In this document: positions 1-10,412 of the stretch, piece after piece | Layout of the letters: every line of letters starts with the position of its first letter | How positions within the stretch are numbered: the first letter of the stretch is position 1 | Origin: Rhynchobatus australiae | Taxonomy: Eukaryota | DNA length: 64,000 bases | Direction: 5' to 3' | NCBI GenBank assembly: GCA_034780895.1 | Contig: JAUZTB010000127.1 | Location: 19,114,769-19,178,768 of the forward strand | Notes under the pieces: generated by a model | What the model was told of the DNA's origin: nothing | What the model saw: only the letters and a program-made list of their open reading frames with translations | Database searches by the model: none | Program-made: the position numbers and the translations under genes

Positions 1-882
1 GAGAAAACAAGGACGCACGAATCTGCCAGTTACCTGGCAACTGCAATGTCTTCATGCTTCCAACTAACTCATTTTGACAGAAGTAAGGGCAAACTCCTTT
101 AGAATACTGCTTGTAACAAAGTTTACTGCCAGTAGCTGGTTACCTGTTTGATTCTGTGTGTTGGAAGACAAATATATCTGGAATGTCTTGCAGTGAAGAA
201 CTTGTCTCATCAAGATAAACTGAAGTTATATATCAAAGCTGTTTTACATTTAATTTTAGAGTCAGCAAAATGTGTTCAATCTACAAGAGTAGGGAAGGAG
301 ATGGGCACAAATTTCTGCCTCTTGGATTCAGTTATGTTAGTGGCTTCCTTGACACTTTTGTGTTCAGGTATTCATCCAAGTCCTCCCAATACTCAGATTT
401 AGTTCCCAGAAACAAATTTCTGAAATCAATAGGAAGCTGAAGAAATGAGTTGATTTCCTCTTCCATACCATGACATTTCCTGTATGTGCTTGAATAGTTT
501 TCTGTATTACTTAATAGTGCACATTGCGAGATAAGGAGGAAATGATTGTCACTAGAGCCTTGTTCTTTGTGGTTTCAATAAATTACCCTGAGAAATTAGT
601 CTTGCATTAAGGAGAAGTTTGCAAGGGTGTAAATTAAGCAAAAGATTCACAAGTGATGGAAAAATATTGTGGTATCTTTCTCATTCTGAGCTTTGAACTC
701 ACTGCAACAAAACTTCATCGTACTCTGAATTAGGGATTTGGGTTCAAAACATTGCTAGAAGATTGTGCTTCCTGTTTGGAAAAGTGGTTTGCATATTGTA
801 CTGCTGCCACATAGTCTGGAGGACTGATTACATCCCTCTTTTCCCAGCTGACGTGGCTTGTGCGGATAATTCAGTTGGTGGT

Positions 883-1046
883 ATTGGTTTATTGCTGTCA
901 CTTGCATCGAGGTACAGTGAAAAACTTGTCTTGCATACCATTTGTACAGATCAATTCATTACACGGTGCATTGAGGTAGCACGGTAAAAAACAATAACAG
1001 AATAAGTGTCACAGCTACAGGGAAGTGCATTGCAAGTAGACAATAA
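883..1046 (-). mobile_element. 3' tail of Rex1/Babar-like LINE (copy 1, ends at gap)
   Basis: ggtttattgctgtcacttgcatcgaggtacagtgaaaaacttgtcttgcat... is homologous to the tail at 1147-1320 that is attached to a Rex1-type RT relic. Confidence 0.75.
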
Positions 1047-1146
1047 NNNNNNNNNNNNNNNNNNNNNNNNNNNNNNNNNNNNNNNNNNNNNNNNNNNNNN
1101 NNNNNNNNNNNNNNNNNNNNNNNNNNNNNNNNNNNNNNNNNNNNNN

Positions 1147-2370
1147 GGTAAAGGTTTATTATTGTCACTTGTACCGAGGTACAGTGAAAAACTTGCCTTG
1201 CACACCGATCGTACAGATCAATTCATGTGCATTGAGGTTGTACAGGGTAAAAACAATAACAAAATACAGATTAAAGTTTCACAGCTGCGGGGGAGTGCAG
1301 TGCAGGTAGACAATAAGCTGCAAGGTAAACAAGGTAGATCGTGAGGTCAGAGTCCATCTCATCATGTAAGGGAACCATTCAATAGTCTTAACACCGTGGG
1401 ATAGAAGCTGTCCTTGAGCCTGGTGGTATCTGCCCTCAGGCTCTTGTATCTTCTGCCTGATAAGAGAGAAGGGAAAATGACCTGGATGGGTGGGGTCTTT
1501 GATAATGCTGGCTGCTTCTCCAAGCAGCGAGGGGTATAGACAGTCCATGGAGGGGAGGCTATTGGGCTGTGCCCACACTCTGCAGTCCTGGGCAGAGCAT
1601 TTGTCATACCAAGCCATGATGCATCCAGATAGGATGCTTTCTCTAGTGCCTTGATTTAAAAATTGATGAGTGTCAAAGGGGATGTACCAAATTTCTTCAG
1701 CCTCCTGAGGAAGTAGAGGTGCTGATGAGCATTCTTGGCCGTGACGTCTCCGTGGTTGGACCAGGACAGGCTACTGGTGATGTTCACTCCTAGGAACTTG
1801 AAGCTCTCAACCCTCTCTGCCTCAGCACCATTGATGTAGAGAGGTGCATGTACACGGACCCATTTTCCTGAAGTCAATAACCAGCTTTTTTGATTTGCTG
1901 ACATTAAGGGAACAGTTGTTGTTATTGACACCATGTCACTAAGCTCTCTATTTCCTTCCTGTAATCTGACTCATCATTATTTGAGATAGTCTACTACAGT
2001 GTTATCATCTACAAACTTGTAGATGGAGTTAGAGCAGAATCTGGCCACGCAGTCATGAGTATATAGGATCCAGTTACAGTGGGAGGTGTTGAGTTCCAGG
2101 TTTCAGAGTTTGGTGGTGAGTTTGCTTGGAATTATAGTATTGAAGGAGGAACTGTAGTCAGTAAACAAGTCTAACATAGGTGTCTTTACTGTCCAGATGT
2201 TCCAGAGATGAGTGTAGAGCCAGGGAGATGGCATCCACTGTAGACCTGGTTATGGCGGTAGGCGAATTGCAGTGGATCGAGGTTGTCGGGGAGGCTGGAG
2301 TTTATGCGTGCCATGACCAGCTTCTCGAAGCACTTCATGATGGTGGATGTCAGAGCCACTGGTCGGTGGA
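1147..2370 (-). mobile_element. 5'-truncated, frameshifted Rex1/Babar-like LINE (RT C-terminal half and 3' UTR)
   Basis: Minus-strand ORF pieces HRPVALTSTIMKCFEKLV...LDPLQFAYR, APLYINGAEAERVESFKFLGVNIT...LYFLRRLKKFG, AASIIKDPTHPGH and RLKDSFYP are Rex1/Babar-clade RT motifs. Confidence 0.9.
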
Positions 2371-2857
2371 GGATTTTCATTATATTCTAACTTCGCTGTT
2401 TCTATTTTTCCTAAATCTAGTAGCTGAACGTTGGAGAAGTAGAGACCTCATTTAAATAGTTGTCTTGTGTCCCAGTGATTACACTGGAATACAGTTGCCA
2501 TTTTAATCACAGGTTCAATCAATGGACAGCCCAGTCTGCAGATCAGAATTTTGGCATGCCTTTAAATGCCCACCTTGTACTTTTTGGGGAAAACATCCTA
2601 CTGAGGAGGAGGAAGAGTTAAAATCACTGTGGCCTTGAGCTGGAGAAAAATGGATGCTTTGCTGCCAGTTTGAGCAGTCAGCTTCAATCAAGTTAAAATC
2701 AGTCCTGATTGATTTTAAATGTCTTTTCACTTTTACTAGAGCAAAGACCAGGTCACTTGTGCTCCCTTCACTGTCCCATGGACTGAGTTATTCAAAAGTG
2801 GCTGTGTTCTTGTCCATTTCCAAAGGGTTAAAGTGTCAACACAGTTTTCAGAGGATG

Positions 2858-4158
2858 AGATCTATTACAGAATTTTGACACAATCCTCCCGTACCACGAG
2901 CCAGCCCAAAGACACACTCACAATACACAATCAGCAGAGCAGTGTCTTTACAATTCTATGATCCCAAAACACTGGGGTAAGAAACTTTTTTTCATTTGGG
3001 GTCTCTGGGGTGGGGGGGGGGGGATTGGGAGGGTTTGGGGCAGATTGACAAGATAATCATTTTTGAAGCCCACTCACTTCAATGTGTCACACTTAACCAT
3101 ACCTAGCCAGAGATGTATGTTTGCAGTGATGTCTGAGTGTCTGATCACTGAGGTTCACATATGGCTTAGTCTCCCTTCAGACACCTGCCAGCAAACATTA
3201 CCCTGACGATTGTGACTTCTTTCACAGTGCCGGGAATTGTGACCTTGTGGTTTTAACTGATCGACAGCACAGTATGATCGAGCCACCTCTTTCTCCTTTA
3301 CATATTCACCGTTTCACAACTAAGCCTATAATTCATCAGTTTTATTCCACTGTGCCTGACCCTGCACACACACACCTACCTAACGTTCAAAACTCATTGA
3401 GAATAGCATGTGCTGAAAACTCGGGAAAATTTGGGTTTGAGCTCCAAATCTAGAGGCCTCAGATCCCCCCCCCCGCTGCAGAACCAATCCTGATGGTGCC
3501 CAGGGATCTGGAGCCTGCCCCTCTCTGCCTCCATCTTGCACCGTCACTCCATGCCGCAGGTTTCCCTGTGATGTCTTCCCATTTCTGGACCCGCAGCACA
3601 GAGAGTCAGCCCAGCAGTGAGCGGAGGAACAGAGGGCACTGTTAACTTGGTACATATAAAAGTCAGGCAAGAGAACAAACTGAACTGTTTTTTTTAAAAA
3701 AAAGGAAAACTGTCTGATGCCCTGTGGAGAGACACAGTTTACGGCTCGAATCTTTAAAATCCAGGGGCAGTCAGTCTCTGAGGGAACCACAACAATTGTA
3801 ATTGCACAGAAAAGAAAGGGATGTGAATGGCTGCATCTCATCCTTCAGCTGGAAACGCTGGCAAGCACACCCATTGTTGCTTTTTAACATTACCTGTAGA
3901 GTGGAATTTTCTGTCACCTTTCCAAAAGACTTCATTTCTATCCGATTTTGGGAAATTTTACATGCAAGCTAAATTTGCCAACAGTACTACACCTCTGCAA
4001 GACACAGGAGCTACAATCAGATTACACAGAATTCTTTCCACCCCCCCCAAAAGCGGTGTCTTTCCCATTCTATGATCCCAAAACACTGGGGTAAGTTTTT
4101 TCATTGGGGGGAGTGGGATGGTTAGGGTCAAATTGACAAGGTAATCATTTTTGAGGGC
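2858..4158. repeat. Pair of diverged direct repeats (~2858-3072 and ~4018-4158)
   Basis: The blocks attctatgatcccaaaacactggggtaag...ttttttcatt..ggg and attgacaag.taatcatttttga occur in both places in the same order. Confidence 0.8.
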
Positions 4159-4608
4159 CGTAGACAGCCAACGCCTCTTTCCCAGGGCACCAATGCTCAA
4201 TGCAAGAGGGCACAGCTTTAATGGGTGGGAAGTTCAAGGGCGATATCAGAAGAAGGTTTTTTACCCAGAGAGTGGGGCATGGAATGCGCTGCCTGGGGTG
4301 GTGGTGGAGGCAGGTACATTGGTCAAATTCAAGAGATTGTTAGATAAGCNNNNNNNNNNNNNNNNNNNNNNNNNNNNNNNNNNNNNNNNNNNNNNNNNNN
4401 NNNNNNNNNNNNNNNNNNNNNNNNNNNNNNNNNNNNNNNNNNNNNNNNNGTACATTGGTCAAATTCAAGAGATTGTTAGATAAGCATATGGAGGAATTTA
4501 AAATAGAGGGATATGTGGGAGGAAGGCGTTAGAAAGTCTTAGGCAAGGTTTAAATGTCAGCACAATATTGTGGGCTGAAGGGCCTGTATTGTGCTGTACT
4601 ATTCTATG
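4158..4608 (+). mobile_element. CR1 (HER1-like) LINE 3' fragment, spans a gap
   Basis: Translation VDSQRLFPR...RGHSF...AWNALPGVVVEAGTLVKFKRLLDK, and the typical tail gggctgaagggcctgtattgtgctgtactattctatg. Confidence 0.88.
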
Positions 4609-7369
4609 AATACAATGGAATTTCGTTTTAATAATGCATCTATATCTAGATACAATGAAACCCATTGCAAGAGAAACTTCATGAATTTTTTTAAAATAAA
4701 AAGTAATGTAAGGAGACTACTGGAAGATGCTTGGTTTCTGTGGTATCCCAGTGAAGTCTCTAGTGGACATGTGCCATTAGCCACTGGCATCAATTTCGCA
4801 CTGGAGTTCTTAACGAAAGGGATCATGAGATCTGACAATACCTACAAGTGAATTTCTCAATGTCTGTTAAATACTTAATAATGAACTGACCAGTGCCATA
4901 TATGATGGAACCTTTGAAATAGTGAATCTATTTGCAGTGTCTGTGTAGTTTTAGATATCATTGGGAAATACTGAACCCAACTGCTTTTGGGTGTCTCCAA
5001 TTGGTGTTGGTGCTGGCAACAGCATAAGCTCTGCAATTTCCTGCCTAACTCTAACACACAGAAATATCTTCACCTCACTTTGTTCAGCTGTGACATTTCT
5101 TAAATTCCACTTATTTGATTCAGCTTTTGGTCTTCTGTCCTGCTTCTGTTTTACATGGATTGGTATAATTTTTTTTGATAGTGCTTCTTTGAAGTGGCTT
5201 GAAACATTTTACTACTTCCTGGGTGCTGCATGAATGGTATTTGTTGCACTTTGTGTAGTACACATGGCATTATGGAGTTACTAATGCAACTAAAATATAA
5301 TCACAGAATTTCTGTGCCATCTAACACTAAATATGGTAAATGTTAAAATATTAATGTGGTTGTAAATGAGAATAGGAGTTACTGTTACTTGCTGCACAGT
5401 GGGAGAGCTTGTATCTGTTTTATCTGTTAAACTTGTGGTTAAAATGAACAGGTTCCAAATCCATTCAGTAGTGCTGATATATCAAGTGGTCTGTGGGAAT
5501 CTCGAAGGGATCATAAAGTGATACATGAGCACTTGCTGTACATTGGAATGCTTAAAAATCTGGATAAGGATGTAGAAGAATGGATCTTTTGAAAGTAATG
5601 CTTTAACACTGTTGGACTACCTACTGATTGCATCAATTAAAGATTGCTGCTTAATGACATTTAAAATTCTGAACCTCTCCATTAATACATTTTGCATCCT
5701 TGGAAAGTATCCCGCTAAAGCAAATGGGCTTAACAGCTCTGCCTCGTAATGTAGGTTCAAAAAGCCTAGAGGGAATTGTGAAATAATAGAAAAAGTGCTA
5801 TATTAAAACCAGATATGTAGAACTGTCTGAAGCAGTTTCTTCAGCCCAAGCTGAAGCAAAGCCTGGGGAGCAGCAGATGGATAAGGTAGGGAAGACTGTT
5901 GAATATAGTACTCTTCATTTATTTTTGAGGATGATTTGTCTCCCAGGACATTGAAGAGACATCACGACTGATTTACTTTCTGGAATTCCTTCTCTCTATT
6001 TAGCTGTGGTAGTGGTTTCTCTTTGGTCACTTGGATCACAAGGCTAGTGCATTGGTAATTGTGTCTTGTCCTATTCCCAAAAGATTAAAAATAACTTTTT
6101 AGTCGAGGTAGTTTCTTATGTTAACTGTGAAGTACTAGATTTTTTTTCAGGAAAATGAGTGGGAAAGTGTAGAGATTCAGATACCAAGCTCGGCTGCTCA
6201 CCCTTAGCAAGTTGAGTCCTGCTAATTCTGATTTGGACCATCCCACCCAGGATAGATCCTGGCACATAGAAGGGTACTTACTCTGAAGGATACAGAGGCA
6301 AGGACGCTGTCCCAGTTGACATCCCCGTCTAAACTGCCAGGTTAAATTCTGACAAATAGATCAATTTTGGCAGACATGGCACAGCATTTGTGAATTTGCT
6401 CACACTACAATGCTGAGACATTTTGGAAGATGTAGGGAGACAATGGAATGAAGCAGGTAGTTCAGATGTTTCCTAATTACAGCTATACACTAGATGAATG
6501 GAATGACTTCAATTTCTAAACCTCCTGATTTCAATAATTGAGTGTGGCAGGCTTTTGTTTTGACAGCAAGTGGTGTAATTTTATTAGTTGGTTGGAAGTA
6601 TCAATTTGTAGCTGTAGAGACTGGGTAAGTTTTATTATTTCAGTATCCACAGAAAACTTTTTTGATGTAGTGTGTTTGGTTGTTTTTTTTTTACAGTGCC
6701 TGCAGACTTCAGACTGAAAAACCTCACTGAAATGAACCAGTGGAGGGGGAAAAAAGAGAAGTATTAAGTTATCAGTAGAGTGTCTCTCGTAATGTTACAT
6801 TGGGTACTGATAAGTAACAAAGTAAATGAATGCAGTTGGGGAATCATTGCCACAATAGGTCTTCACATATAGCGTCAGCACAGCAGTCTAATAGTTTCTT
6901 GTGAAACTGCCTTTCCAAATTTAGGTTCTCAGTCTAGCTGAGAGTGTCACATAGCTGAAATTTTAAAAATCAGTTGTATGCAATAACTCTCTCTTGGAAC
7001 TGCCCTTCTATGAGCTGCGGAGAGGTTTTGGTTACATTGCTTGTAACTATTCTCTGCTGACTCTTGATGGAGAAAAAGGGAAAAATCTCATCTCACCTCT
7101 TCCAGTAAACTGCAAGGATAGACACCCCATATATACAGGGGGGAGGGGATCTGAGGCTTGTCCCACCCCTGACTGGTAAGGAGTACTGGGAAGGGAGTAT
7201 CTAGTGCACCTTAAATTGGCAAATAGTGAGCTAATTAGGTAGCTATGCATAAATTGCTAGTGGCAGTCCAGTCATTGATCATCTGTTTTCAATGGGCTCA
7301 CTTAGATTTTTAAATTGTAATCTTGGATGGCATTGTTCATTATAGAAAGGATCATCTCAGTGTCTAATT

Positions 7370-7567
7370 TTGTAAGGAGTTTGTACATTCTCCCCGTGTC
7401 TACATGGGTTTCCTCCCACATTCCAAAGATGTATGGGTTAGGAAGTTGCGGGCATGCCATGTTGGCGCCGGAAGCGTGGTGACGGTTACGGGCTGGCCCC
7501 CAGAGCACTCTACGCAAAAAAAAAGATGCATTTTACTATGTCTATTGATGTGCATGTGACTAATAAG
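7370..7567 (+). mobile_element. tRNA-type SINE, 3' part (family shared with 56590-56710 and 58268-58377)
   Basis: The core tgtaaggagtttgtacattctccccgtgtct matches 58341-58377. The tail atgttggcgccggaagcgtggtgac...gatgcattttactatg..atgtgactaataa is the reverse complement of 56590-56710. Confidence 0.8.
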
Positions 7568-8721
7568 AACAAAAGATCTTATTCAGACCCACTCTTCAGT
7601 GGGTACTTTTGCTGAGCTGCTACGTAAAGTGATGATGGAACTGTGAGGGCAATGACCTTTCCGATTCAACTCATCCCTAATGTTCTGGCCTGTAACTCCT
7701 GTTGCAATCGAGAAAACTCCACAAACATAGTTAATTGAACTGTGATGGCATTGTCACGTGAGATTAGTCTGCCTTGCAGCTTACGTGAAGTAATGTTAGT
7801 TCAGCAGCAAATGTAGTTTCAGTACTGTGGGTGCTGAGCTGTAATTGAAACCTGAGATGTGGATGTGCATTCAGTTTATTTTGTCTTGGAGTGGCTGAAT
7901 TCACAGACAATGTTACAATACAATAAATTACCTCAGTGACCATACATTCATGCTATTACTGTTTTCACACCATACAGTGTGGTTACCTCAAGTCCACTCC
8001 AGTGACATGATATGTATTCCATTTTCTAACAGCCCTCTGACAAAGGAAAAAAAGACTTATCTATACTAAAACCTCTACAGCTAAGTAATGGCAACACTTT
8101 TTAAGATGACCAAGAAGATATTTCTTTCACGATCCTGGTATTAGTGGGAGATTAAGGTTTTGATTGTTCTAAACATTTTAAGGGGAACTTGTTACATAGC
8201 CCTAAATATTCTAAAGAGTGCTGTCTGCACTCTGGGTCATTTCTTTTCACAGCGATTTATGCTGTAAAATTTCTCGGAGCAGAATGTATAATTCCCCAGC
8301 TTTCATGAGGGGAAAATGCTGGTCGCTCCTGACCAACCTCTGGATTTCACCGGCCTAACAGATGCAGGTGTCTGTAAATGTGACACACATTGAACAAAGC
8401 CTTGACTTCATCAGTGTGTAGTAACTGAAGTGAAATCTGTAAATACCTATTTAATTTTGTGAAATATCTGCCCTGGTTTTGATGGTCCTTGCAACCACCA
8501 AGAAAGCAGCCCAGGAAGGAAAATTTCATATCTGTCAGAGGGGAGTTTCTCTGTAAAATGTTCATTTCCGACTGCAGTATTGGGTACAACTTTCAGATTA
8601 TGCCTATGTGGAAAATACAAGCGTGTACAGTAATATTCTTAAAATATATTTCCCCTTTTAAACCAGTTAGCTTTAAGAACAATAGTTCTTCCTTGGCCCT
8701 GCCTGACATGAGATTCATATT

Positions 8722-9050
8722 TTATGTTCATTCATGCAATGTGGATGTAGCTGGAAACACCAGTATTTATTATTCATCCCTAATTGCCCCTGTCCTGTGG
8801 AGGCTGTGAAGAGTCAAGTAGATCTGAAGTCGCATGAAGACCAGCACAGGTAAGGATGGCAGACTTCCTCTCTTGAAGAACATTAGCGAACCAGATGGGT
8901 TTTTATGACAAATCAGTTCCTTTATGGTTATCACTACTGAAGCTAACTTTTTAACACCAGATTTATCTAATTGTTTGTATTTAATTTCCCCAGTTGTCAA
9001 GGTGGGACATGAGCTCATGTCCTGTAAGTTAACTGTGATGCTACCTTTAC
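8722..9050. repeat. Old dispersed LINE-derived repeat family (other copies ~12165-12440, ~17350-17600, ~22148-22460)
   Basis: All four copies share cattc.tgggatgtggg....gctggc..g.ccagcatttatt...catccctaa. Most also share agtcgcat...g.ccag...ggtaaggatggcagatttcc. Confidence 0.7.
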
Positions 9051-10019
9051 CACTTGTGGTGTGGTATGGTATGTGCTCCTATAATAGTCAAACATTAGTA
9101 AATAATAGGGTTGAATCTGAATCTCCTCCTGGCTGGAGTCCTAGTTTTCTTTCATCCCACAATCAAGGTAATTTTTTTCTTCTTCTGCACTTGTCCACTG
9201 CACAAGAGCTGATTCCTTACACTTTGATACCTGTATATCAAAGACAGGAGAGGTTTCACAGGTTCATATTTGCCCTTCTGGGATAGGGAGGCTGAGTGTG
9301 GCCAGAGCTGTTATACATTGATGCGGTCATTCATTGTTCAAGTGTGTCATCCTGTCTCTGCTTATTTTTTTAAAAACCTTTTGAGATCGCCAGATAGGCA
9401 GCAACAGGAATATCACATTGGCATAGCAGTATGATGTCTTAATATCGCAGAAACCACTGGTTTTAACAAGAGATAAACCAATAACAGGAACCTCCTTGTC
9501 TTCAGTGCATAATAAGGGCAACCTGATATAATCTGTACCAAAATCTGCAGGCTAGTTTATTATGTGATAGTGTTTACGGGTTTTGGAAACATGCAGAAGG
9601 ATCATGCTGTTTCTGGTGACAAAGCCCAAGACCTGTCTCTGCTTTTTGAGCTACATTCAGTATGCTGACACCATTGTCTGGATTCTGCTTTTCTCAGTGT
9701 CAGGGGGAAAGATGTGTGGGCCTGACTTTCTAACTCATTGATATTTCTACCTGTTGGATTCTGAAAATGATTGCTCTAAACCTTAACTTTGTTAACTTTA
9801 ATCTGAGATTATAAATATAGTTCAGGGTAACCCGTGGAATCTTCTCCACAATACTTCCCTTGGCACAGATGTTGGTGTGCTTTTAAAAGGTTCTAGGCAC
9901 TGGGATCTGGCCAAAGAGGAACAGGCTGGTGTCAAGTCAACGTTCCTTTCCCAACCACTGTAAACAAATGACCTGGGGATTTTTGACATTTGCTGTTGGG
10001 GGAATACACAAATTACCTT

Positions 10020-10412
10020 CCACTTTAACTTTCATCGCATCACGAGGTGCATTTCACAGCCTCATCTCTCCCTCTCTGTAACCCACTCTATCCCTGTGAT
10101 TCTTTGAGCTACCAGGACTCCTCCAATTCCACAGGCACTAACTGAAAAGGTCCCATGTTTTAGAATTTCCTCCATAATCTTTACCACTTCACTTTAAGTT
10201 GCTCTGCAAAACCTATCCCTTTGACCTTGGCTTTGACCTTCTCTTCTTTTTAGTGTGACTCAAACTATGGATCTATGGATCACCTTGAGACATTCTGTTA
10301 CGTTAAAAGCTCTGAGCAACTACACATAATTGAGAACTGTTTCTATGGATCACCTTGAGACATTCTGTTATGTTAAAAGCTCTGAGCAACTACACATAAT
10401 TGAGATCTGTTT
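10020..10412 (+). mobile_element. Degenerate L2-like LINE 3' end (similar remnants ~28300-28640, ~29780-30030, ~42920-43115)
   Basis: aaaacctatccctttgacc..gctttg followed by the tail caccttgagacattctgttacgttaaaagctct resembles the recalled L2 3' terminus. Confidence 0.55.
10273..10412. repeat. Two-copy 70-bp tandem duplication
   Basis: Units 10273-10342 and 10343-10412 differ at only two positions. Confidence 0.95.

Noticed and set aside
3380-3841. 153-aa minus-strand ORF and the many other 60-130-aa ORFs
   Set aside because: No recognisable domains, splice signals or coding-like composition; expected by chance or TE-derived.
4314-4485. Apparent direct repeats flanking 100-N gaps (also 16801-16952, 20382-20655, 40435-40632, 48575-48814)
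   Set aside because: Identical or 1-4-mismatch overlaps of contig ends; assembly artefacts (negative gaps), not biological repeats.
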